Source of the DNA: Oscillospiraceae bacterium
GTDB lineage: Bacteria; Bacillota; Clostridia; Oscillospirales; Oscillospiraceae
Direction of reading: 5' to 3'
Length of the DNA: 64,000 nt
Assembly: GCA_017415425.1 (NCBI GenBank)
Contig: JAFQGT010000005.1
Location: 25,038-89,037, forward strand
Shown: positions 55,397-64,000 of the stretch, in pieces
Numbering within the stretch: the stretch's first letter is position 1
Layout of the letters: every line of letters begins with the position of its first letter
The notes under the pieces: generated by a model
Told to the model about the DNA's origin: nothing
Databases searched by the model: none
The model's input: the letters and a program-made list of their open reading frames with translations, nothing else
Position numbers and translations under genes: made by a program

Positions 55397-55452
55397 AAAA
55401 CCAACCTGCTTTGTTTCATAAAATTCCACAAATATCATATCACATTTGTCAA

Positions 55453-55482
55453 GAAAAGGGGAGACTGCGGTTGCAGTCTCCC
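55453..55482 (-). terminator. Rho-independent terminator after the 76-aa gene
   Basis: GGGAGACTGC-GGTT-GCAGTCTCCC with a U-run on the minus strand (plus-strand AAAA at 55454-55457). Confidence 0.7.
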
Positions 55483-55501
55483 GGCGTTTTCAAATGCAAT
55501 A

Positions 55502-55732
55502 TTAGTGCGTTTCCAACCACTCATTTACCTTGGCTTTTGCCAGACGCAGAATATCCTCCTGGGGGTAAGGAGAGCGCTCTCCGCCACAGACATACAGGAA
55601 ATATAGACCTGCGGGTGTTTGATATAAGGTCTCTTCATAACCTGCGGGGTCTCCGTAGAAACCGCAGGTATGTTTCTTTATGAGTGTAGCCGTTTCTGTA
55701 TCGTATTCTTTCTTGCAGATGATCTTTTTCAC
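55502..55732 (-). CDS. Hypothetical small protein (76 aa)
   Basis: GTG start at 55732, after AGGAGGA. VKKIICKKEYDTETATLIKKHTCGFYGDPAGYEETLYQTPAGLYFLYVCGGERSPY... No family name recalled. Confidence 0.5.
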   Translation of the reverse strand: MKKIICKKEYDTETATLIKKHTCGFYGDPAGYEETLYQTPAGLYFLYVCGGERSPYPQEDILRLAKAKVNEWLETH

Positions 55733-55927
55733 GATGTATCCTCCTGTGTTATTCAGATTCATTCGTCATTATATCGAAATTTTGCTGACAATCAAGTTAA
55801 AATTGTCATAATTGAAACATTGACAGAAATTGTTTTGAAAACTTTACGAAAAATTGGAGTATGGCACAAAAATTCAATACTGGACGGCGGAGCAATGCTG
55901 TGTTACCATACAAATGAGGTGAAAGGT

Positions 55928-56578
55928 ATGCGGGATTTTCCGGTTTTTACAACCCAGTGGGGTGTGGCAAGCCTGGTGCTGAGAGAAGTGCCCTATAAGG
56001 GTGAAGCCTATATTACAATCCGTGACACATCCAACTCCAGCGAGTTTTTGCGGGAATGTGTGGAATTTTGCAGAGCGGTTGGCGCGAAATATATCTACGG
56101 AACCGGCCATAAGGTTATGGAAGAATACCCGCTGCACACTGCGGTATATCGGATGCGGGCTGCTCTGGATGCGCTGCCGGATTCTGACGCAATGCTGTCT
56201 CCTGTTACAGAAAAAACGCTGGAACAATGGCGGAGCATTAACAATGATAAAATGGCAAGTGTGCCCAATGCTGCTACGATGTCCAAATCAGATGCACAGG
56301 ATATGCTGCAGAAGGGTGAAGGTTATTTTGTTTACAAGGATGGTGTCCTTCTGGGAATCGGCAAGGTCGGCCAGGAATCGGTATCTGCGATCGCATCGGT
56401 GGTACCGGGAGCGGGGGAAAGGGTTTTGTGCGCTTTGTGCCACGGGTTGTTGCAGTCATTTGTGGAGGTTGATGTGGCATCGGAAAATAAGAGGGCATTG
56501 CGGTTTTATGAGCGCCTCGGGTTTGTAAAAATCGCGGAGATTTCCAGGTGGTATAAAATTTTTGAAGATGTCAAGTAA
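55928..56578 (+). CDS. GNAT family N-acetyltransferase
   Basis: Track ORF trimmed to ATG 55928, after GAGGTGAAAGGT. C-terminal GNAT core ...VEVDVASENKRALRFYERLGFVKIAE. Confidence 0.7.
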   Translation: MRDFPVFTTQWGVASLVLREVPYKGEAYITIRDTSNSSEFLRECVEFCRAVGAKYIYGTGHKVMEEYPLHTAVYRMRAALDALPDSDAMLSPVTEKTLEQWRSINNDKMASVPNAATMSKSDAQDMLQKGEGYFVYKDGVLLGIGKVGQESVSAIASVVPGAGERVLCALCHGLLQSFVEVDVASENKRALRFYERLGFVKIAEISRWYKIFEDVK

Positions 56579-56656
56579 AAATACTTGACAAAATCCCTCT
56601 GGTGGTGTAACCTATATTAGGTGTCAAGGAGAAACCCTTTACAGAGGAGGCTTGAT

Positions 56657-57001
56657 ATGGACGCGTTGCAGATGGCGCTATTGTTTGACTATTACGGCGA
56701 ACTGCTCACGGAACGTCAGCGGATGTGCTTTGATTTACGCCATAATCAAGATTTTTCCCTGGCGGAAATTGCGGAAGAACTGCAGGTCAGCCGACAGGGC
56801 GTCCACGATAATCTGAGCAGAGCAGAGGCACTGCTTTTGACTATGGAAGAAAAAACCGGCTGTGTTCGTCGTGCAATGGAATGCCGGAAGGCTGCCGGTA
56901 AAATTCTGCAGGCTGCCGGACAGTTAAAGGAACACCAGGACAAGCAGGTTTCTGATTTGGCGCGGATCATTCTGGATGCGGCCAGAAATCTTGAGGAGTA
57001 A
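56657..57001 (+). CDS. ylxM: YlxM/p13-like putative DNA-binding protein (UPF0122)
   Basis: Start at ATG 56657, after GAGGAGG. LFDYYGELLTERQRMCFDLRHNQDFSLAEIAEELQVSRQGVHD. It occupies the classic position just upstream of ffh. Confidence 0.85.
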   Translation: MDALQMALLFDYYGELLTERQRMCFDLRHNQDFSLAEIAEELQVSRQGVHDNLSRAEALLLTMEEKTGCVRRAMECRKAAGKILQAAGQLKEHQDKQVSDLARIILDAARNLEE

Positions 57002-57004
57002 TAT

Positions 57005-58354
57005 ATGGCATTTGAAGGATTGACCGAAAAAATCTCTGCTGCCTTCAAAAAGCTTAGAGGCAAAGGTCGCCTGAAGGAGTCCGATGTAAAGGAGGCAATG
57101 CGTGAGATTCGCATGGCACTTTTGGAGGCGGATGTAAGCTATAAGGTTGTAAAGGATTTTGTTAAGTCCGTTACAGATCGGTGCGTAGGCACAGATGTGC
57201 TGGAAGCATTGAGTCCTGCCCAAATGATCGTTAAGATCGTTGACGAGGAATTGACAGCCCTAATGGGTAGCGAAGCAAGGCATATCTCAACAAATCCCAA
57301 CGGCCCTACAGTGGTTATGCTGGTAGGTCTGCAGGGTGCAGGTAAGACCACCAATGGCAGTAAGCTTGCCGGTCTTATGAAGCGGCAGGGCAGAAACCCG
57401 CTGCTGGTTGCCTGTGATATTTATCGACCCGCTGCGATTCAGCAGTTAAAGGTCTGCGGTGAGAAGCTGGGTATCCCTGTTTTTGAAAAGGGCCAAACTG
57501 ACCCGGTTCAAATTGCCAAGGAAGCATTGTCCTATGCCCGTCAGCACGGTCACGATATGGTTTTTCTGGATACAGCTGGTCGTCTCCACGTGGACGAAGT
57601 GCTGATGGAAGAACTGAAAAACATCAAATCCACAGTAAAACCGGATGAGATTATGCTGGTTGTGGATGCAATGACTGGTCAGGATGCAGTCAATGCGGCC
57701 CAGAGATTCAATGAATGTCTGGATATTGATTCTGTGATGCTGAGCAAACTGGACGGCGACGCCAGAGGCGGCGCGGCACTGTCAGTGCGTGCCATTACCG
57801 GAAAACCCATTAAGTTTGCCGGTATCGGCGAGAAGCTTGAAGATATTGAAGCATTCCATCCGGATCGGATGGCATCCCGGATTCTGGGTATGGGAGATAT
57901 GCTCTCTCTGATCGAGAAAGCCGAAAAGGCTTATGATGCCGAAAAGGCCGCCCAGATGGAGGAACGGCTAAGATCCAATAAATTCACACTGCAGGATTTC
58001 TACGACCAGTTGCTTCAGCTGAAATCAATGGGTTCTATGCAGGAACTGCTGGCTCAGATGCCCGGCGGTATGAATATGAAAAATATTCAGCTGGATGAAA
58101 AGGCAATGAGCCGCACCGAGGCGATCATCCTGTCTATGACCCCCAAGGAGCGGGAAAACCCCAACATCATCGGAGCCAGCCGCAAGAAACGCATAGCCAA
58201 TGGCTCGGGTGTGCGGGTTGAGGATGTGAATCGTTTGCTGAAGTCATTCGACCAGATGAAGTCGATGATCAAGCAGTTTTCCGGTCCCGGTGCCGGCAAG
58301 AAAATGAAGCGTATGGGTAGATTCGGCGGTTTTGGCGGATTCCCCGGCTTCTAA
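57005..58354 (+). CDS. ffh: Signal recognition particle protein
   Basis: MAFEGLTEKISAAFKKLRGKG, GLQGAGKTT, DTAGR, SKLDGDARGG, and a Met-rich M domain. Confidence 0.97.
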   Translation: MAFEGLTEKISAAFKKLRGKGRLKESDVKEAMREIRMALLEADVSYKVVKDFVKSVTDRCVGTDVLEALSPAQMIVKIVDEELTALMGSEARHISTNPNGPTVVMLVGLQGAGKTTNGSKLAGLMKRQGRNPLLVACDIYRPAAIQQLKVCGEKLGIPVFEKGQTDPVQIAKEALSYARQHGHDMVFLDTAGRLHVDEVLMEELKNIKSTVKPDEIMLVVDAMTGQDAVNAAQRFNECLDIDSVMLSKLDGDARGGAALSVRAITGKPIKFAGIGEKLEDIEAFHPDRMASRILGMGDMLSLIEKAEKAYDAEKAAQMEERLRSNKFTLQDFYDQLLQLKSMGSMQELLAQMPGGMNMKNIQLDEKAMSRTEAIILSMTPKERENPNIIGASRKKRIANGSGVRVEDVNRLLKSFDQMKSMIKQFSGPGAGKKMKRMGRFGGFGGFPGF

Positions 58355-58431
58355 TAAAGTGTTCGCTGTAAGCAATTTGCTTTGCGATATAGATTACTGA
58401 AAATAGAAATAAATTTTGGAGGTGAAATTCC

Positions 58432-58671
58432 GTGGTTAAAATCAGACTCAGAAGAATTGGCGCCAAGAAGGCTCCTTTCTACCGTATTGTTGTTGCAGAT
58501 GCTCGCGCTCCCCGTGATGGTCGTTGCATCGAAGAAATCGGTACCTACAACCCCCTGACTGAGCCCGCTACCATCAATGTTGATGCACAGAAGGTTCAGA
58601 CTTGGATCAAGAACGGCGCACAGCCTACCGATACCGTTCGTGGCCTGCTGAAGAAGGCTGGCGTACTGTAA
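58432..58671 (+). CDS. rpsP: 30S ribosomal protein S16
   Basis: GTG start after [38 protein letters not shown]. Confidence 0.96.
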   Translation: MVKIRLRRIGAKKAPFYRIVVADARAPRDGRCIEEIGTYNPLTEPATINVDAQKVQTWIKNGAQPTDTVRGLLKKAGVL

Positions 58672-58693
58672 TTTCCCTTAAGGAGTTAGCCCA

Positions 58694-58924
58694 ATGAAAG
58701 AACTTTTGCTATATATGGCAAAGAATCTGGTGGACGAGCCCGAGGCAGTTACAGTTACCGAAGTTACCGATGAGGAAGGCAAAGTGCTGGAACTTCATGT
58801 CGCTCCCGGCGATATGGGTAAGGTCATCGGCCGCCAGGGTCGGATTGCGAAGGAGATTCGCACCATTGTGAAAACCGTTGCACAGCGCACCGGCGAAAAA
58901 GTCACGGTGGAAATCGTTGATTAA
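58694..58924 (+). CDS. KH domain RNA-binding protein (YlqC family)
   Basis: 76 aa. GxxG loop in KVIGRQGRIAKEIR. Conserved position between rpsP and rimM. Confidence 0.88.
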   Translation: MKELLLYMAKNLVDEPEAVTVTEVTDEEGKVLELHVAPGDMGKVIGRQGRIAKEIRTIVKTVAQRTGEKVTVEIVD

Positions 58925-58931
58925 ACGGCTT

Positions 58932-58960
58932 ATGCGTGACGCCTGGCGTCACGCATTTTC
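58932..58960 (+). terminator. Intra-operon hairpin (partial terminator/processing site) between the KH gene and rimM
   Basis: ATGCGTGACGCC-T-GGCGTCACGCAT followed by TTTT. Confidence 0.45.
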
Positions 58961-58980
58961 CGCTTTTGGGAGGAAAACCT

Positions 58981-59481
58981 ATGAAGCAAATCTATATAGA
59001 TGCGGGTGAGATTGTTACCACCCACGGTGTTCGGGGCGAAGTGAAGGTTATGACCTGGCTGGACAGTCCGGAAATGCTTTGTGAATTTGATCGTTGCCGT
59101 ATTGACGGAGAAGAATATATAATAGAGTCCTGCCGTGTTCAGAAGTCCTGCAATCTTGTGAAGCTGCAGGGAATCGACACGATGGAGGATGCCCAGGCTA
59201 TGCGGGGTAAAACTCTTCAGCTGTATCGAGAGGATATGGATGATGAGGTGATCTTTGCTGCGGATCTAATTGGTGTTGAGGTGCTTAGCGAAGGCGTGGT
59301 TATTGGAACGATCACCGATGTGCTGAGTTACCCCGGAAACTCTGTTTATGTTATAGGAAACGCAACCGGTAAGGATGCCTATATGATTCCTGCGGTGAAG
59401 GAGTTTATTTTGTCCACAGACATTGAAAAGAATGAGATGCACGTGAAACTCATTGAGGGGATGCGTTCAGATGAGAATTGA
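58981..59481 (+). CDS. rimM: 16S rRNA processing protein RimM
   Basis: Track ORF trimmed to ATG 58981, after GGGAGGA. GEIVTTHGVRGEVKV and a PRC barrel at the C-terminus. Confidence 0.9.
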   Translation: MKQIYIDAGEIVTTHGVRGEVKVMTWLDSPEMLCEFDRCRIDGEEYIIESCRVQKSCNLVKLQGIDTMEDAQAMRGKTLQLYREDMDDEVIFAADLIGVEVLSEGVVIGTITDVLSYPGNSVYVIGNATGKDAYMIPAVKEFILSTDIEKNEMHVKLIEGMRSDEN

Positions 59482-60250
59482 TATACTGACCCTTTTCCCC
59501 GAGACGTTGGGGGATGTGTTGTCGGAAAGTATTCTGGGACGTGCGCAGGAGCGCGGATATATTACCATTGATACCCACCAGATTCGGGAGTATACTGCCA
59601 ACAAACAGATGCAGGTGGATGACTATCCTTACGGCGGAGGCCGCGGTGCTGTGATGCAGGCAGACCCGCTGTATCGGTGTTGGGAGGCAGTTTGCGATCA
59701 GGCGGGTGGACCGGTGCATACCATTTACCTGTCACCCTGCGGGAAGACCTTCTGCCAAGCGGATGCGATTCGTCTGAGCAAGCTGGAAAACATTGTCTTT
59801 GTCTGCGGTCATTATGAGGGTGTTGATCAGCGCTTTATTGATGAGTGCGTAGACGAGGAGCTGTCTTTGGGTGATTTTGTGCTTACCGGCGGCGAAATTG
59901 CCGCTATGGCGATGACAGATGCCATCTGTCGGATGGTGCCGGGCGTTCTGGCAGACCCGGAGTGCTTTGAAGACGAGAGTCACTTTAACGGTTTGCTGGA
60001 ATATCCTCAGTACAGCCGTCCTGCAGTGTGGCACGGTAGGGAAGTGCCGGAGATCCTTCTATCCGGCAATCACCAGAAAGTTGCTCAGTGGCGCAGAAAA
60101 CAGTCTCTGCGCAGGACACGGGAGCGCAGACCCGATATGTACGCAAAACTGGACTTGACCAGCAAACAGGATAAAAAGCTCCTACTGGAGATGGAGGCAG
60201 AGGACAAAACTCCGCTCGAAAATACAACTGAACAGTTGGTAGGTAAATAG
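59471..60250 (+). CDS. trmD: tRNA (guanine37-N1)-methyltransferase
   Basis: ATG 59471 overlaps the end of rimM. MRIDILTLFPE, VCGHYEGVDQR, SLGDFVLTGGE. Confidence 0.95.
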   Translation: MRIDILTLFPETLGDVLSESILGRAQERGYITIDTHQIREYTANKQMQVDDYPYGGGRGAVMQADPLYRCWEAVCDQAGGPVHTIYLSPCGKTFCQADAIRLSKLENIVFVCGHYEGVDQRFIDECVDEELSLGDFVLTGGEIAAMAMTDAICRMVPGVLADPECFEDESHFNGLLEYPQYSRPAVWHGREVPEILLSGNHQKVAQWRRKQSLRRTRERRPDMYAKLDLTSKQDKKLLLEMEAEDKTPLENTTEQLVGK

Positions 60251-60253
60251 AAT

Positions 60254-60287
60254 AAAGCGGCGTGACCGATGGGTCACGCCGCTTTTT
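60254..60287. terminator. Bidirectional terminator (trmD / LRR gene)
   Basis: AAA-GCGGCGTGACC-GATG-GGTCACGCCGC-TTTTT. Confidence 0.85.
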
Positions 60288-60308
60288 GTGTTACGATTCC
60301 GGTTGTTT

Positions 60309-62054
60309 TTATGTGGGAGTTTCGATTTCCGTGGGGTTGAAGTTAACAATCACACTCTGTTTTGTCAAATCGGTAACATCCTCGATCGAATTAACTCTTG
60401 TTCCGTATACATTTACCTGAATCAAAACAGGACAGGCAGCCAGACACTTTATAGAAGAAATCTTGGGATTATAGTCCATGAAGACATTGTTGAGGTGCTG
60501 CAAACCTGCCAGAGGATCCAATGTTTCCAGAAGGTTGTGCGAACCGTCAATATTGACTAACTTACTACTTTCCGGGAAGAGAGGCAGGGCTGTCACCTGA
60601 TTGTTGGCAAAATACAGATTGGTAAGATTTGGAAGTTCTGCCAGGCCATTCAATTGGGTCAGGGCATTATTATCCATATACAAATGTGTCAACGCAGTAC
60701 ACGCAGACAGTGCAGAAATATCATCGATCCGATTAAAACTGAGAGTCAGCTGCTGCAATTTTGTGCATTTCTCCACTCCGAAAATGGAGGTAATTGTGTT
60801 GTTTCTTACGTTCAAAACAGTCAGCTCCGTCAAGTTTGCTACAGGTGTCAGACTGCTCAGATTGTTGTAGGACAGGTCGAGAGTTTGAATACAGGTCAGT
60901 TCTTTAAGAACGGAGATGTCATTCACCGCGTTATGCTGCAAATTTAGATGTTTTAACCCAGTCATAGCGGTAAGCGGCTCCAGATTCCGAATAGAGTTGT
61001 TGCTCAAATCCAGATACGCAATAGCATCAGCGTCTTCCAATCCGGCAATTGTGGACAGGCCACAGTTTCTAAGGCTCAGTGAAGACAGATTTGGCAGGGA
61101 GGCAATCAAGGCCAATTCTTCCGGTTGGATCTGTGTATTTTTAATACTTAGTGCGTTCAAATTGGCAAGGTAGGAAAGTACCGACAGATCACCGATGCTT
61201 TCACCGTCAATGGTAAGTTCTTCCAGATAAGTCATATAGCGAAGAACGGCATAGCTTTCGACACCTGCAGGAACAGTAAACTCGGTAAATTTCCAAAGAT
61301 CGTTACTGAAGATAACAGTATTCTCACCAACAGCCAGCTGCTGCCGGATGGAAGCTTCCAGAACCTCATCATCAAAAACTACTTCCTCGATCACGCCGCC
61401 AACGGTAAAACCGAAGATAGAGAGGGGGCTGACAAGGCACTCCTTGGATACAGCCACGGCATAGATTGCATTTTCGCCCTCCTGTAGCGGAATGGGGGAT
61501 GTATAGAGGTCTTCATATACAGAAGGAAATTCTCCATTGGGGTTAGCCAGTATGGTAGGGACATCTGCAGTGATGATAACGCTGATATACTGACTGTAAA
61601 AACCAGGATCCGGTGAACTGCTCGGTGCGGCAGGTCGCATTGCATCCAGCTGTGCTTTGATTTCCGGATTGGAGATTTTATTGAGCATATTTACTGCATC
61701 AAGCACCTTGTCTTGCTCCACGTACGTTTTGCACAGGGCAATGTACAGGTCCAAACTGGGGTTATCGGTAATCGCCTTGGAGAGTGTGTACTCGGCCTTG
61801 GTGTAGTTGCCGTTTTCTTTGTGCTGTTCGGCAAGTTCAATTGCTACCGCATCGTTGTCTTTTGCATGCCTGTAGGCGAGATCGTACAACCAAGAGGAAA
61901 GCTCGCGGTTGCCGGTATCATCAAAATAGCGTGCACCATTGAGAAGCATATCTCTGGTGAAATCCCGGTCATATATAAACAGATACCAGACAGTGCATAA
62001 AAGAATGGCGACCGTCAGTATCACAGGAATCAAAATACGAGCAGTTTTTTTCAT
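60309..62054 (-). CDS. Membrane-anchored leucine-rich repeat (internalin-like) protein with TPR-like N-terminal region
   Basis: Start moved to ATG 62054 (MKKTARILIPVILTVAILLCTVWYLFIY, a signal anchor). A helical TPR-like segment comes next, then about 13 repeats of 22 aa of the type LxxLxxLxLxxNxIxDIxxL (DNA ~60370-61226). Confidence 0.8.
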   Translation of the reverse strand: MKKTARILIPVILTVAILLCTVWYLFIYDRDFTRDMLLNGARYFDDTGNRELSSWLYDLAYRHAKDNDAVAIELAEQHKENGNYTKAEYTLSKAITDNPSLDLYIALCKTYVEQDKVLDAVNMLNKISNPEIKAQLDAMRPAAPSSSPDPGFYSQYISVIITADVPTILANPNGEFPSVYEDLYTSPIPLQEGENAIYAVAVSKECLVSPLSIFGFTVGGVIEEVVFDDEVLEASIRQQLAVGENTVIFSNDLWKFTEFTVPAGVESYAVLRYMTYLEELTIDGESIGDLSVLSYLANLNALSIKNTQIQPEELALIASLPNLSSLSLRNCGLSTIAGLEDADAIAYLDLSNNSIRNLEPLTAMTGLKHLNLQHNAVNDISVLKELTCIQTLDLSYNNLSSLTPVANLTELTVLNVRNNTITSIFGVEKCTKLQQLTLSFNRIDDISALSACTALTHLYMDNNALTQLNGLAELPNLTNLYFANNQVTALPLFPESSKLVNIDGSHNLLETLDPLAGLQHLNNVFMDYNPKISSIKCLAACPVLIQVNVYGTRVNSIEDVTDLTKQSVIVNFNPTEIETPT

Positions 62055-62195
62055 AGTAGACTCCGTTTCAGTAAATTCCATTTCATTATATCGGGCTGCA
62101 GGATAGCTGTCAAGTGTCCGGAAAATATTCCAGCTGCCAGAATTCCGCAGAAATTGCCATCGAATTTGCGCTAAAATGAGACCGAGGTGATACAT

Positions 62196-63230
62196 ATGAA
62201 AAAAGTGGGATTTCAGATGCTGCTCGCATTTTTGATGGTGGTAATTTTACCGGGATTTATGCTTCGCTTTGTGGAAAAAAAGGTGATATCCGGGGAAACT
62301 CAGCTTGATGTTGCTACGACAGAGGAGACATTTCTGACGGAGAACAAAGAGACAGAGGAAAACACGCAAACAGAGCAGACTATGGAACCGGAGCAACTGA
62401 AGACCGAAACGATCGTGCTGGAGTCGAATGGAGTGGTATCCCAAATTGATGAGGACAGTTATATCGTAGGTGTAATTCTGGCAGAAATGCCGGTATCATT
62501 TCACGATGAAGCATTAAAAGCGCAGGCCGTAGTTGCCAGAACCTACGCGAGAAAAACGATAGCCACAGGAAGTAAACACGAATATGGTGGGATATGTGCC
62601 GATTCTGGCTGTTGTCAGGCATATTGCAGACCGGAAGATTTTATTGACAGAGGCGGAAATGCCGAGGATGTGGAACGAGTACAACGTTTGGTAATTCAGA
62701 CACGGGCAGAGGTGCTGCTGTATGAAGGGGAATTGATCGAAGCGACCTATTTTTCTTGCTCCGGCGGAAGGACAGAAGATGCGGTGGCTGTTTGGGGAAC
62801 GATGATCCCTTATCTGCAAGCGACAGATAGTCCCGGAGAAGAAAATGCGGAACATTTTACAGATACGGTACGGTTTCAAGCGGAAGAGTTTGCCCGATTA
62901 CTGCAGATTTCCACAAGCTTGCTTCCCGGATCGTGGTTTGGTGCTGTCACATATACAACCGGAGGAGGCGTGGATACAATAGAGATTTGCGGACAGGCAT
63001 TTACCGGGAAAGATCTGCGGCGTATTCTGGGTCTTCGGTCGACGGCGTTTCAGATATCTGCAATCGGTCAAACAATTATCATTACTACCAAAGGATTTGG
63101 ACACCGTGTGGGTATGAGTCAGTACGGTGCGGATGCGATGGCTGTAAGAGGAAATTCCTACATAGAAATTTTACAGCATTACTACCCAGGTACGGAGCTG
63201 AAAACCGTAGAAATGATTGACAAAGGCTGA
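62196..63230 (+). CDS. spoIID: SpoIID/LytB domain protein (stage II sporulation protein D-like)
   Basis: ATG 62196 after GAGGTGA. One N-terminal TM helix. AQAVVARTYA, YFSCSGGRTEDA, GHRVGMSQYGA. Confidence 0.87.
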   Translation: MKKVGFQMLLAFLMVVILPGFMLRFVEKKVISGETQLDVATTEETFLTENKETEENTQTEQTMEPEQLKTETIVLESNGVVSQIDEDSYIVGVILAEMPVSFHDEALKAQAVVARTYARKTIATGSKHEYGGICADSGCCQAYCRPEDFIDRGGNAEDVERVQRLVIQTRAEVLLYEGELIEATYFSCSGGRTEDAVAVWGTMIPYLQATDSPGEENAEHFTDTVRFQAEEFARLLQISTSLLPGSWFGAVTYTTGGGVDTIEICGQAFTGKDLRRILGLRSTAFQISAIGQTIIITTKGFGHRVGMSQYGADAMAVRGNSYIEILQHYYPGTELKTVEMIDKG

Positions 63231-63276
63231 TTTCTTTAGTAAAATATCTTGAAATTGTGATAAGGAGGTGTGAGGA

Positions 63277-64000
63277 TTGCCTATTCAAATTCCCAATGAC
63301 CTACCTGCTGCCGGTATTTTACAGCAAGAGAATATTTTTATTATGAATGAAGACCGGGCGGTGGCCCAGGATATCCGTCCTCTGGAGATCGTCCTGCTGA
63401 ATCTGATGCCTACAAAAATCGCAACAGAGACACAGTTGAGCCGCCTGCTGGGTAATACACCTCTGCAGGTTCATCTGGAACTGATGCATACAAAATCTCA
63501 TACATCCAAGAACACCGCACAGGAGCATCTGCTTGCCTTTTACAAAACCTTCGATGAGCTGAAAGACCGAAAGTTTGACGGAATGGTGATCACCGGAGCT
63601 CCTGTTGAATTGATGGAATTTGAGGAAGTGGATTACTGGCAGGAGCTCTGTGAGATTATGGAATGGAGCAAGACCCACGTCCATAGCACACTGCATATTT
63701 GTTGGGGCGCACAGGCAGGTTTGTACTATCACTACGGAATTCAAAAGCACCGGATGGAGGATAAGCTTTTTGGCATCTTCAAGCACGGAAAGGATTACCC
63801 CCGATCCATTCTGCTTCGTGGGTTTGACGATTCTTTTTGGGTTCCCCATTCCAGATATACCACGGTTTTACGGGAGGATATTGAAAAGGTTCCCGGCTTG
63901 AAGATCCTTTCTTCGTCTGCTGATGCGGGCGTTTATCTGGTTATGAACAAAAATGGCCATCACATATTTGCTACAGGTCATTCGGAATACGACCCGGATA
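63277..64000 (+). CDS. metA: Homoserine O-acyltransferase MetA (5' part; continues beyond the right window edge)
   Basis: Absent from the ORF track because there is no stop in the window. My translation from TTG 63277, after TAAGGAGGTG, reads [23 protein letters not shown]...[18 protein letters not shown]...ITGAPVE...HICWGAQAG, which are MetA hallmarks. Confidence 0.9.
   Translation, partial: MPIQIPNDLPAAGILQQENIFIMNEDRAVAQDIRPLEIVLLNLMPTKIATETQLSRLLGNTPLQVHLELMHTKSHTSKNTAQEHLLAFYKTFDELKDRKFDGMVITGAPVELMEFEEVDYWQELCEIMEWSKTHVHSTLHICWGAQAGLYYHYGIQKHRMEDKLFGIFKHGKDYPRSILLRGFDDSFWVPHSRYTTVLREDIEKVPGLKILSSSADAGVYLVMNKNGHHIFATGHSEYDPD

Noticed and set aside
55428-55449. Zur/Fur-type operator in front of the zinc ABC operon (ACAAATATCATATCACATTTGT).
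   Set aside because: Only the outer 6-nt arms are truly palindromic. The inner part matches at 7/9 at best and does not fit the Firmicute Zur box (TAAATCGTAATnATTACGATTTA) as I remember it. I could not define the promoter it would overlap.
60251-60308. Missing rplS after trmD, as a sign of rearrangement.
   Set aside because: trmD ends at a strong bidirectional terminator and there are no remnants of rplS. The gene is presumably elsewhere. This is not unusual enough to report as a finding.
63231-63276. SAM riboswitch or T-box upstream of metA.
   Set aside because: The intergenic space is only 46 nt and contains just an SD. There is no room for either element.
1-64000. Window-wide scan for CRISPR arrays, IS/transposase or integrase genes, prophage modules, toxin-antitoxin pairs, restriction-modification and known defence-system genes.
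   Set aside because: None found. Every ORF above ~70 aa that survives shadow filtering is a housekeeping, transport, regulatory or envelope gene. The only direct repeats are the 33-bp coding repeats and the diverged LRR units.

Overview
This 64-kb window looks like core chromosome of a spore-forming Clostridia-type Firmicute. A gut Oscillospiraceae/Ruminococcaceae-like anaerobe is my guess; that is inference from spoIID, gene order, the split purH and Gram-positive SD/promoter/terminator signals. I call 61 protein genes, two of them cut by the window edges, plus one tRNA-Ala(CGC) and two riboswitches: a singlet glycine aptamer before glyA and a ZTP/pfl aptamer before the pur operon. I also list one coding tandem repeat and several textbook promoters and rho-independent terminators.

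Content, left to right:
- orphan histidine kinase, radC, glycerate kinase, uvrB
- an XRE membrane regulator, then luxS-mtnN
- two MATE exporters
- a GpsA-like / G1P-dehydrogenase-like / HAD-IIA cluster
- a PQQ-propeller membrane protein, tex, and riboswitch-glyA
- tRNA-Ala and rplM-rpsI
- ttcA, a DAACS transporter, an AraC regulator, dusB and an M23 peptidase
- an 8.5-kb pyr operon (pyrC-carB-pyrK-pyrD-pyrF-pyrE-pyrB)
- an 11.3-kb pur operon (purE-C-F-M-N-purO-purH(AICARFT)-D-L)
- ackA, then trmO coupled to a znuACB-like operon
- ylxM-ffh-rpsP-KH-rimM-trmD
- an LRR membrane protein, spoIID and metA

I found no IS element, integrase, prophage, CRISPR array, toxin-antitoxin pair or recognisable defence gene. 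I cannot honestly point to a clear new system here.

The observations most worth a second look are metabolic and regulatory oddities:
- The only purF has a glutaminase domain that has lost Cys1 and the other catalytic motifs.
- carB has no carA next to it.
- PyrB is fused to only the zinc domain of PyrI.
- G3P- and G1P-type dehydrogenases sit side by side with an AraL-like phosphatase.
- A glycine riboswitch sits on glyA.
- IMP cyclohydrolase is PurO-type, next to a stand-alone AICAR formyltransferase.

All product calls come from reading the translations by eye. No database search was run.
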